Shown: in pieces, positions 27,449-36,472 of the stretch | Position numbering within the stretch: the first letter of the stretch is position 1 | Layout of the letters: every line of letters starts with the position of its first letter | Notes under the pieces: model-generated | What the model saw: only the letters and a program-made list of their open reading frames with translations | What the model was told of the DNA's origin: nothing | Databases searched by the model: none | IMG/VR virus record: IMGVR_UViG_3300047678_000274 | Location: 1,091-65,090 of that record | DNA: 64,000 bases | DNA from: a virus | Lineage: Duplodnaviria; Caudoviricetes | Direction: 5' to 3' (one strand) | Program-made: the position numbers and the translations under genes

Positions 27449-28239
27449 TGGATATCCAGAATTTCAGATTTTATCTGCAGGATGCAACCAATTTTTTCAG
27501 GGTGCATAATTACATTCTAAAGGAAGATGTTGTTGAATTCAAGCCACGATTCTTTGATTTTATCTTTGATGAGATCAAGAACAACGAGAAGATTTTCTAT
27601 CTCAACGAAAACCATTTTGTTGTGAGAGTTGTTGTTGATAAGAAGGATGCAACCACAACAACGAATGCTGTTTTTAATGATCTTTTTAGATACTACGGTT
27701 TTCTTCAACTAAGAATCGGAAACGAATTTGCAAGATTTGCAACTGGAAAGGTTGGAAGAAAGAATCGATATACATTGAATGTCCATAATGGGTACACTAC
27801 TAGTGTCCCTATAGCTACTCTGCTTGTGCACAAAACAAAAACAAAGGCGGTGATCGAAGCTACTATTATCACACCAACTGTTGTTGATTTTCTTAAGAGT
27901 CAAGGATTCTGTCACGAAGACCCTGAAGCTCTTGAGCTCATGGGAATTGATGATGTGGTTCCTGTTGTTGATGAAGCTGTTGGTATCAAAGAGCAGGCTT
28001 TCTTGTCAAGACGTTTCATGTTTGATGAAATTATTAGTTGTGATGAAGACGGTAGTAACATTAAATCCGCTTTGGTCACTAAGACAGCCAGAGAAATTCT
28101 CGAAGAGTATTGGGGTTTCTGGAGTGAGCAAATGAAAAACAGAGGTAAAGATGACCTTATCACTTTTGAAAACTGCATCAATGACTACTGTACTGAGAAC
28201 TGGGCTTGGGAGGTTGATGCAAATGGCAACAAAATATAA
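27448..28239 (+). CDS. Hypothetical protein
   Basis: 263-aa ORF, TAATG coupling. Confidence 0.65.
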   Translation: MDIQNFRFYLQDATNFFRVHNYILKEDVVEFKPRFFDFIFDEIKNNEKIFYLNENHFVVRVVVDKKDATTTTNAVFNDLFRYYGFLQLRIGNEFARFATGKVGRKNRYTLNVHNGYTTSVPIATLLVHKTKTKAVIEATIITPTVVDFLKSQGFCHEDPEALELMGIDDVVPVVDEAVGIKEQAFLSRRFMFDEIISCDEDGSNIKSALVTKTAREILEEYWGFWSEQMKNRGKDDLITFENCINDYCTENWAWEVDANGNKI

Positions 28240-28263
28240 ATATGTGGTCATAGGAGATCGCAT

Positions 28264-28755
28264 ATGAACGATTTACTAATCTTTGCACTTATCGGTGGTG
28301 TCTTAAACCGCTTCTCTGGGTTTACTAACATTTCTTGGTTGCCAGGTAGAAACGTTTACTACGCTATTCTAGTAGCAACCGCTCTGACATTCGCACTGTT
28401 TGGATGGCAATGGGCTCTAGTTATGTTCGCTGGATTTGCTCTTTACAGAATCCCAGGCTGGTACAAATCGCTTGATATGGGAACAGTTGGTGGAACCTTG
28501 AAAGGTGATGCCGGAATCATGTTCCTCAGAGGATTGATGTTTGCTCCTCCTTTCTTGTATGCCGCTTACCTTTCTTCAGACTTACTGCCAGTAGCCGTTC
28601 TTGCTGCTGCTTCCGTCGGTGCTGTTGTGTCATACATAATCGGTAACCATGTTCTTGGGAAATTCATCAAGGTAGACCCTTTCTGGTTTATCGAGTTCTT
28701 TGCTGGCGCATCCTTCGGTGCAGCGCTCGGTTTCGTCCTTCCAAACCTTAAATAA
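28264..28755 (+). CDS. Integral membrane protein
   Basis: Several TM segments; TATAAATA upstream and RBS AGGAG. Confidence 0.75.
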   Translation: MNDLLIFALIGGVLNRFSGFTNISWLPGRNVYYAILVATALTFALFGWQWALVMFAGFALYRIPGWYKSLDMGTVGGTLKGDAGIMFLRGLMFAPPFLYAAYLSSDLLPVAVLAAASVGAVVSYIIGNHVLGKFIKVDPFWFIEFFAGASFGAALGFVLPNLK

Positions 28756-28893
28756 AGTTAATAAAGAAACGCTTTACAATTCAACCAATTGCAGGTATAC
28801 TGGATCTGATTTGGAGATTCAGATGCCTGTGATGGGTTTCAAGAAGAAACGTCCTGTGGGACGCCGCAAAGCTCTTAAAGGAATAACCCCATA

Positions 28894-28944
28894 ATGCCTG
28901 CCGTATTTCTAACCGCTGACCCACACTTCGGTTATAAGATCTGA
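28894..28944 (+). pseudogene. Orphaned 5' end of the phosphoesterase gene
   Basis: MPAVFLTADPHFG-YKI*; near copy of 29802-29840. Confidence 0.75.
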
Positions 28945-28975
28945 GAAATTATAAATATTCTCTTCGGAGAATGTT

Positions 28976-29827
28976 ATGGGTAGACCTAAGAAAGAAAGAA
29001 AAAACACTAATTGCCTTGTTTGCTCAAGAACCTTTGAAGTGTTTGTCTCTCAGCAAAGAAAATATTGTTCAGTTATTTGTTACAATAAAACAAGATTTGG
29101 AGAAACTAATTCCAATTTCGGAAAAAGATGGAATGAAAAACAAAAACAAAAACAGAGTTTGTTAGTCGAATCAAAAGTAGATGAAGCTTACAGAATTAAA
29201 GTTGGTTCCGCTAATAAAGGAAAGAAGTTTTCTCAAGAAAGAATCTTTGCTATGCATGCTAACAGAACACCTGAATCTTATGTTAGACAACATTCAGAAG
29301 AATCTAAAAGAAAAATTGGAGAAAAATCTTCAGCTAAGTTTACTGATGAGTATTTACTTAAGCAGAAAGAAAAATTCGTAAATCTTGGATACTGGTTAAG
29401 TGATAGCGAACGTAGTGATTTTGAGATATATCAACTACATTCCAACTGGAAAACCAGTATGTGGGATTTAGTTGAAGATTCAAAAAATCTAAAATCAGTT
29501 GGTGTTTTTAATTCAAAATCTAACAGAAATGGTTACGTGAGAGATCACATTTTTTCAAGATTTGATGGATTTAAAGCTGGTGTTTTTCCAGAAATATTAC
29601 GACACCCAGTTAATTGTCAATTACTCACACATAGTGAAAATTCTTCTAAAAAAGAAAAAAGTTGGTTGACAATTGAAGAGTTGTATAGTAAGATAGAAAA
29701 ATATAAAAACAATTGGAAAGAACAACAATTTGTTCTCAATTTAATATCTGCTTGGAAATCTGGTGCTAGGTTTTCTGCAGAGGAACATAGGAGGAAATCA
29801 AATGCCAGCCGTTTATCTGACAGCTGA
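28976..29827 (+). mobile_element. Probable homing endonuclease (HNH-like C-terminus)
   Basis: AT-rich; CLVC...YCSVIC Zn finger, HSEESKRKI NUMOD3-like motif, RDHIFS..HPVNC...ENSSK; TATAAATA 28950. Confidence 0.75.
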
Positions 29828-30480
29828 TCCACACTTTCGGCCATGAGGGAGTTTGTCGTTTCATGCGAAGCGATGGTGTAACCAAGCTGCGTCCTTGGGA
29901 CAACGCTGCTGAGATGAACGAAGCCATGATCAAAAACTGGAACGAGACTGTTCGTCCTAACGACAAAGTCTATGTTCTGGGTGACTTCGCTATGAATAAG
30001 AACGCGCTGCATGCAGTAATGCCGCGTCTGAATGGCGACAAGGTTCTGATCAAAGGTAACCACGACATCCTGAAACTTGAAGAGTATGTGCCTCGTAGAA
30101 AAGAAAGCGGATCGGCACAAGAACAAGAGATGTTTGATATCGAGTACGAGAACAAAAGACACGTGTATTTCCGAGATATCCGCGCTTACCACGTGATGAA
30201 TGGTCTGATCCTGTCGCACATTCCAATCCACGCAGCTTCGCTGGCTCGCTTCGGATGTAACATTCACGGCCACCTGCATGCCAACGAAGTTCGCAAACCG
30301 CGTGGTGTTGATGTTAAAACTGGTACTGTTCTGTACTCAAATGAAGTAGACCCAAATTACTTCTGCGCAAGTGTTGAACACACAAACTTCACACCGATCC
30401 TGTTTGAAGATGCGATGAAACGTATCGTTGAACGTGGCGGGACCGTCGGGTTCAAGAATACCAAAGAAAGAGATATGTGA
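29802..30480 (+). CDS. Calcineurin-like phosphoesterase with a +1 frameshift near codon 12
   Basis: ATG 29802 MPAVYLTADPHF, then +1 frame GHEG...LGDF...KGNHD...SHIP...IHGHLH. Confidence 0.8.
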
Positions 30481-30934
30481 TGTCCGCGCAAGATGTAGAG
30501 AAAAGATGCCGTTCTCTGAATAGAGAAAAAGGTGCTTCTGCCTGCGCGAACCGGAACCTGATCGTTATCCCAGACCCGTGTAATCGTGGTGGGAAATACG
30601 CGGTTCTTTTCTGCTCAATGCTTGGCCATACGAACGGCTGGCCTCCTAATCACCCGAAGAGATAATGTCCTTCTTTCGCCTTTGCAAAATGTCAAGTCCT
30701 GGTTGGGAGAAAGATTTCCCAACTGAAACTGAAGCTGGTCAATACCTGCTTAAGTGGATTTGTTGTGGGTGTCGTGGAGTTGATGCTGATGGAAATGTTT
30801 CTAAGCCAGGTGATGATCCGGAAGCGGATGACTTCGGCTGCGCCCACGGTTCTGAAAACGTGCATGATCTACTAAACACGCCATGTGGCTGTGAATTTGA
30901 TCTTGAGGAAATACCAGATGCTAACGACTACTGA
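30477..30934 (+). other. Two small Cys-rich genes (30477-30665, 30665-30934)
   Basis: Coupled ORFs. Confidence 0.55.
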
Positions 30935-31547
30935 GAAAATTCCGGCTCTGCTAAAGCTGGACCGTTCAGTAAAACTGCTGCGGTCGTCATTGGACGCAGA
31001 TAAAGACAGGCTACCATGTCAATTTTGGGTAGCTGGTGGAGCCGTGCTAGCTGCGATTGCGGGTGAGAGAATCAATGATTATGATATCTTCTCCCCGCAT
31101 CCGCAGCGCCTGATTGCGATCCTTGATGCAACCCCTGCTTACAAGAAAGGCAAGAGCGACGATGGTTTCTTCCAAAACTACACCGACCAGTTCGGAAACA
31201 CCATCCAAATCATCACCCGCGTCTCTGTGGCCTCACCAAGTGTCATCTTTGAAATTTTTGACTACACTATTGTCTGCGCCGCCTGGGACGGTCAAACTTT
31301 TTACTGCCACGACCGGTTTTGGCAAGACGTGTCAACCAGACGCCTCGTCGTCAATGCACTCCCGTACCCGCTGAAATCAATGGAGCGTATGGCCAAGTAC
31401 GCTTCTCGCGGTTACAAGCCTTGCCCGATTGGACTGCTGGCTTTAGCTCGCGCAATCAACAGTCTCCAAATCGACTGGAACAACCCAAAGGATAACGAGA
31501 TCAGTTTCTATCCTGATGGGACACCGCGCTTCGCAGGAGTTGACTGA
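30918..31547 (+). CDS. Pol-beta-superfamily nucleotidyltransferase (CCA/polyA head-like)
   Basis: WVAGGAV...INDYDIF...IQII...FDYT..., RMAKYASRGY. Confidence 0.75.
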   Translation: MLTTTEKIPALLKLDRSVKLLRSSLDADKDRLPCQFWVAGGAVLAAIAGERINDYDIFSPHPQRLIAILDATPAYKKGKSDDGFFQNYTDQFGNTIQIITRVSVASPSVIFEIFDYTIVCAAWDGQTFYCHDRFWQDVSTRRLVVNALPYPLKSMERMAKYASRGYKPCPIGLLALARAINSLQIDWNNPKDNEISFYPDGTPRFAGVD

Positions 31548-31885
31548 TGACCTCATCAGGTAAAAAATACCATGACATGGCATCCTTCTGGATGGTGAGC
31601 GACAAGGTTCACCCAGAAGTGATTACTGGTGTGACCAAGGATTGCGAAAATCCTTTGGGGTGTCGCATTAGCTGTCGTGTTCAAGAGACTACCTGTGCAG
31701 GTATCTCTGACCATTACGACAAAGATGGCCGCATGGTCGTTAACAAGGGTAATCGCTTCACAGCGTACTTGTACTGTATGCACTGCCACAACGGTTGGGA
31801 AGTGGACCAAAACGGTAAGATCCTGACACATCATGATTACAAAGAGGTCATCCGTGAGCGCCAACTTAAATCCAGTACCCACTAA
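31547..31885 (+). CDS. Cys-rich hypothetical protein
   Basis: C....C and CMHC motifs. Confidence 0.6.
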   Translation: MTSSGKKYHDMASFWMVSDKVHPEVITGVTKDCENPLGCRISCRVQETTCAGISDHYDKDGRMVVNKGNRFTAYLYCMHCHNGWEVDQNGKILTHHDYKEVIRERQLKSSTH

Positions 31886-32192
31886 CCAAGACATCCTTCT
31901 CTCAAACATTGAGTACATGTTAAGACATGTGCGTGATTGTGAGGGTGTAACTGAGCTTGTCCACGATGTTCTTGCTGAATTGGTTCGTGCCACCAGCATG
32001 TTTGGCAAGTTCAATTCCTCACACGAGGGATACGCGGTGTTCCTTGAAGAAGTTGATGAGCTTTGGGATCACGTCAAGATGAAACAAACCAAACGCGATC
32101 CGCAAGCTATGCGTTCAGAAGCTGTTCAATGCGCCGCGATGGCCATTCGGTTTGGTACAGATTGTTGCACCGAGGAAGGCTGTCGAAAATGA
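31833..32192 (+). CDS. MazG-like all-alpha protein
   Basis: FNSSHEGYAVFLEEVDELWD...EAVQCAAMAIRF. Confidence 0.6.
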   Translation: MITKRSSVSANLNPVPTNQDILLSNIEYMLRHVRDCEGVTELVHDVLAELVRATSMFGKFNSSHEGYAVFLEEVDELWDHVKMKQTKRDPQAMRSEAVQCAAMAIRFGTDCCTEEGCRK

Positions 32193-32638
32193 CAATCGAT
32201 AGGTTTGACGGTACGAAGTATCGCTTCTTAAGCAACTTCTGGCCATCAGAAGTTGTTTATGATGGTGAGGTATATCCAACAGTCGAGCACGCTTATCAGG
32301 CGGCTAAGACTCTTGATGTGAACGCTCGTCGAGCAATCAGAGAAGCATCAACCCCAGGTAAAGCCAAACGCCTTGGACAGAAAGTTGTCTACAGAGAAAA
32401 TTGGGAAAATCTCAAATACACTGTCATGGAAGAGCTTCTTAAGCAGAAGTTCAAATGGAGTGATTCTGGTTGTGAGCTAGGTAATCTCCTAGAAGAAACC
32501 GGCGATCAAGAACTGATCGAAGGTAACACATGGGGTGATGTTTACTGGGGCGTGTGCGACGGTAAAGGTCAGAACAACCTAGGCAAAATCCTCATGGACA
32601 TAAGATCTGATCTTCACCAACAAAGTGAAGACTGGTAA
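32189..32638 (+). CDS. NADAR (YbiA-like) protein
   Basis: FLSNFW...YPTVEHAYQAAK...AKRLG...LIEGNTWGDVYWG...GQNNLGKILM. Confidence 0.92.
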   Translation: MTIDRFDGTKYRFLSNFWPSEVVYDGEVYPTVEHAYQAAKTLDVNARRAIREASTPGKAKRLGQKVVYRENWENLKYTVMEELLKQKFKWSDSGCELGNLLEETGDQELIEGNTWGDVYWGVCDGKGQNNLGKILMDIRSDLHQQSEDW

Positions 32639-32750
32639 AGAACTAAAACTTCCCCTTAGTGAGCGTGAAGTCCTGCCAACCGGTGGGGCTTCACGCATTT
32701 GCAGTTCAATAAATAGCTGTAAGAGTCCCAAATCACCTGGAGCGAGCATA

Positions 32751-33947
32751 ATGAAGCGTTTTTCTACATTCATCACCGAAAGCATCGAGGATGACAAAAA
32801 CATCCCGTTAAAGAGTGAAGACAAAGGCCGTTTGTTTGAATACGAATCAGCCCGTCGCCTCCTAAGAAGCAAGAACCGCGAAAAGACAACGCCCGGAACC
32901 TTCCGTGAGAAGGCTTCTGCTGCAGTCAAAGAGATCGCTGATAAGGTTGGGCAGTTCCACCACGAGGTAATCAAATCGCACGCTCGGGACACAGCGAAGG
33001 CGGTTCACTCGTATCTTCAAGACAAGGGACACGTTGGTAATGGTCGCTCTATTGCCAAGATCTATTGGACTTCAAATCCGGACGACCCGAAGAAGCTCGC
33101 TAATAAGTATGGGATCAAAAACCCGGATAAGACAAAAGCTGACGTGTCAATCGTGACACATGAGCACTCAGACCCTTATGCTGACAAGAACCGCAAGGCG
33201 GTGGCTAAGGTTACTGACCACCAAGGTAAGAACCCAAGCCTTGTGAACATCTCGTTTAAGTATGGATCACAGGGTAAAGTGAACCTCCAGAACTCTGGTC
33301 TCAAATCGCTTGAGGCTCAATCTGGACACCACGGTCTGTATCAGAAGATGGCTGCCGACCACGACACCCGTATGAAGACGCTTGGATACAATGGTGTCAA
33401 CTCTAAGAAATCCAAGAACTCGAATCGTGCTATGTGGGAGGCAGATGCTGCATCCCATGATCCAGCGCGACAAGCAAAGGCTAAGAAAGCCTCGGACTCT
33501 GCTGACAGCGTTCTGAAGAATATCGCCAGTGCCCACCGTCAAGCTCTAGGACACAAAAGTTCTGATGAGCTTGAGCAACACATTCGCAACATCGCTGCTC
33601 CTAAAACGGAGTATCCTGAGATCATTGTGCATGGACACGTAAGCGACAAGAAAACAAAGACCATTCGCGTTAAGAAAGACGGGAAGGTATCTGCACTACA
33701 GATTCCTCAGGTTACACCAAAGGTGTATGACGCTCAGGACCACGTAAACCAACACCTCGCTAAATTTGAGAAGGGGTCGTTGCACGTTGCTCAAGAGCAA
33801 GCTGGTTCAACAGTTGTTATCAAGGGTCGCGTAAACCAACCCGGTAACAAAATGCATGGCAAAATTTCCAATGTGTTCTCTCAAACCCTAAAGCGTGGGG
33901 GCACAGGTCCATTCTCAGGATTTGCATCAACAGCGCAGTTAGGATAA
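32751..33947 (+). CDS. Predicted head-internal protein, PD-(D/E)xK-like motifs
   Basis: N-terminus MKRFSTFITE; KADVSI...ISFK; AATAAATA late promoter upstream. Confidence 0.6.
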   Translation: MKRFSTFITESIEDDKNIPLKSEDKGRLFEYESARRLLRSKNREKTTPGTFREKASAAVKEIADKVGQFHHEVIKSHARDTAKAVHSYLQDKGHVGNGRSIAKIYWTSNPDDPKKLANKYGIKNPDKTKADVSIVTHEHSDPYADKNRKAVAKVTDHQGKNPSLVNISFKYGSQGKVNLQNSGLKSLEAQSGHHGLYQKMAADHDTRMKTLGYNGVNSKKSKNSNRAMWEADAASHDPARQAKAKKASDSADSVLKNIASAHRQALGHKSSDELEQHIRNIAAPKTEYPEIIVHGHVSDKKTKTIRVKKDGKVSALQIPQVTPKVYDAQDHVNQHLAKFEKGSLHVAQEQAGSTVVIKGRVNQPGNKMHGKISNVFSQTLKRGGTGPFSGFASTAQLG

Positions 33948-33950
33948 TCA

Positions 33951-34895
33951 ATGCTTCGTTATAAGAGCTTCCTCACCGAGTCAATCCGTCAAGGATTACC
34001 ACACATCTCAAAAATGGACCACAAGCAACTCGGTGGTCTATTGAAGGGTGGGAAAATCCACTTTGACAAAACCACAGAGAAGACTGATGGCACGTCGTTT
34101 CTAGTAGGACACGACGAACATGGATTTTACACACAGTCTACTGGTTCAGGCAATGAGAAAATGCGCCAACCAGCTGATTATGTTGCTCGCGGCGCTCGCC
34201 GTGCTCTTGAAACTGGCAAGCCACATGATCCATTCATGCACAACAACTTCGCTCAAGCTCACGATGCCTTACAAAGTAACAAAGGAATAACCGGACACCT
34301 TGCTAGAGTGTATGCACGCCACGGTGCTGCTCAAATACGCGGTGAGTTATTCCACAACGCCGTTTCTAGAGATTCTGATACGACTCCTGGTGAGCATATG
34401 TATGTCGGCACATCATACGATAAGAAGAAGCTTAATGCCCATGGTAAGAAGGTTGGGTCTTTTGTCGTACACAGCGAGCTACCAGACAACCACCACGTAA
34501 ACCCTGATGAATTGAGAACACACTCAGACGAACATCTTGGGTTTGAGCATGACATCATCCATCACGAAACTCCTCACCTTGATGTGTCGGATCTTGCTAA
34601 GAAGCATGCTGCTCTAAACCATGATCTTCTTGGTTCTAGAACTATTCCTTCTAACAAAGAAACTAAGATGAAAGAGGTTGGTAAGCACGAGGCAATTGCT
34701 CAAGCCGTTTCAGACCGTGTAGATAAACACCTTCAGAAGCATGGTGCGCAACCTAAGTTCGGCTCTGGCTCAGAAGGACTTGTTGTCCACCCAAGTAAGA
34801 ACCCCGGAGCTCCACGTTTCAAAGTTACATCATCTGCATTCAGAACATTCAAGAAGGCTGGCGCTTCACTTGACACGCTAAGAGGTAAGAAATAA
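33951..34895 (+). CDS. Predicted head-internal protein, ligase/capping-type nucleotidyltransferase fold
   Basis: N-terminus MLRYKSFLTE; TEKTDG, RGE, EGLVV, RFK motifs. Confidence 0.65.
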   Translation: MLRYKSFLTESIRQGLPHISKMDHKQLGGLLKGGKIHFDKTTEKTDGTSFLVGHDEHGFYTQSTGSGNEKMRQPADYVARGARRALETGKPHDPFMHNNFAQAHDALQSNKGITGHLARVYARHGAAQIRGELFHNAVSRDSDTTPGEHMYVGTSYDKKKLNAHGKKVGSFVVHSELPDNHHVNPDELRTHSDEHLGFEHDIIHHETPHLDVSDLAKKHAALNHDLLGSRTIPSNKETKMKEVGKHEAIAQAVSDRVDKHLQKHGAQPKFGSGSEGLVVHPSKNPGAPRFKVTSSAFRTFKKAGASLDTLRGKK

Positions 34896-35794
34896 TGCTG
34901 AAGTACAAACAGTTCCTACAGCTAACTGAAGGCGGAAACATCCAACTCGGTAAGAAGGGTGAGGGTGGCGCACAAGCTGCTCCTTTCGATAGTTCTAAGC
35001 GTGAGACAACTGCTCCTGATATTCATGCAGCACTTTCTGTTTTACATGACAAGGTACACAAACAACACGGTGTGCACATTTTCGGGCAGGACAAAGCCGC
35101 CCTTAGTAGTGGATCGGCTTTTCAATCAGGGTCCACATCATTCTTATTTGATAAAAATATCAGCCATAAAGACTACGCCGCCAAGGTTCCTAAAACCGGT
35201 GACGTAGACACACTCGTTAACAGAGACCACAAAGAGAAACTTGATCACACATTGAGCTCACTACCAGCCGGTACTAAGCTCGGTAAGACGACATATCTTG
35301 GATGGAAGAAAGGTGCCGATGAATCGCACGTTCTCCTTCATCACCCAGACCACGAGCAGCCAATCCAGGTAGACCTCAACCACGTCCGTTATGACGGTGA
35401 GCACCCTTCTGAGGGCTCCCAGTTCGCTCGCTCTGGAGGATCCCTGGAGGATCGTGGAAACGGCATAAAAGGTAAGCATCATAAGTGTTTAATGAATGCT
35501 GTGGCCAAAACCAAGGGTATGAAGTGGGGCCCGAAGGGTCTTAAGGGTGAGAATGATGCGCCATCTACGGAAGGCGATACAAGTCATGCATCTGTTTCTA
35601 AGAAACTATTCGGTGTTGAACACGAAGGAATCAAATCTTTCTCTGGTATCACAGGTCTTATTAAGAAACACATTCCAGCTGCACATCATCAAGCGATCTT
35701 CGATAATTACGCTAGTTCGTTCGCTAAAGAGATGGATGGTCCAGCCAAGCCTTCTCTTGATCATCTGCGCAAGCATCTAGGAGTCAAAGGATAA
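34895..35794 (+). CDS. Predicted head-internal Pol-beta-type nucleotidyltransferase
   Basis: N-terminus MLKYKQFLQLTE; SGS...GDVD...IQVDL. Confidence 0.6.
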   Translation: MLKYKQFLQLTEGGNIQLGKKGEGGAQAAPFDSSKRETTAPDIHAALSVLHDKVHKQHGVHIFGQDKAALSSGSAFQSGSTSFLFDKNISHKDYAAKVPKTGDVDTLVNRDHKEKLDHTLSSLPAGTKLGKTTYLGWKKGADESHVLLHHPDHEQPIQVDLNHVRYDGEHPSEGSQFARSGGSLEDRGNGIKGKHHKCLMNAVAKTKGMKWGPKGLKGENDAPSTEGDTSHASVSKKLFGVEHEGIKSFSGITGLIKKHIPAAHHQAIFDNYASSFAKEMDGPAKPSLDHLRKHLGVKG

Positions 35795-36402
35795 TGTTAT
35801 CATTCAAACGATTCCTTGCTGAAGTCAAGAACGAAGCTCACGTAGCCTCAACAGTTATGACTGGGGTTGATCCGCACACCCACATGGGTCACATCAGCGA
35901 CCTTGGTGGTGTGTTGAAGAAGTTACCTGGCGATCATAAAATCTTTGCCATGTCAAGCAAATCAAAAGCTTTTCCTGATGAAGATCGTAAGAAGATCCTT
36001 ACCAAACAAACTGGCGGTGGAATTGAACCTCTAATTGCACACGAGCACGATGATATTGTTGCACATGCTTGGAGTAAAGTTAAAGATCACCCAGGTAAAA
36101 AGGTTCTCCACCTAGTTGGTGGGCAAGACCGTAAGGGAATGGTTGATCGTCTTGTTGACAACATGAAAACGGGTAAAATTAAGAATCCAGGATTTGATAA
36201 TATTAAGGGTCACACACCAACAGGTGCTGAACGTTCCCATGGTATGTCCGGTACAAAAATGCGTGCAGCCGCTGCCAGTGGTGATATGAAAACATATCGC
36301 AACCACCTTGGCACGGCTTTCACACCAAAAGAAGCAGCTGATATTATGGCTAAGACAAAGGAGTCTATTGCCGCTGGTACCACTAAGTTGAAACGTAAAT
36401 AG
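35794..36402 (+). CDS. Predicted head-internal HIGH-family (cytidylyltransferase-like) protein
   Basis: N-terminus MLSFKRFLAE; HMGH, VGGQDR, MSGTKMR. Confidence 0.7.
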   Translation: MLSFKRFLAEVKNEAHVASTVMTGVDPHTHMGHISDLGGVLKKLPGDHKIFAMSSKSKAFPDEDRKKILTKQTGGGIEPLIAHEHDDIVAHAWSKVKDHPGKKVLHLVGGQDRKGMVDRLVDNMKTGKIKNPGFDNIKGHTPTGAERSHGMSGTKMRAAAASGDMKTYRNHLGTAFTPKEAADIMAKTKESIAAGTTKLKRK

Positions 36403-36472
36403 ACTAAATAGAGCATAAGTTAGGCCATTGGCAAACCTTCCACATAATCAGATCAGCCCGAGGGAACCTCTG

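Noticed and set aside
36420-36472. c-di-GMP-I riboswitch suggested by GGCAAACC
   Set aside because: The GNRA loop, GCAAAG motif and second stem are missing.
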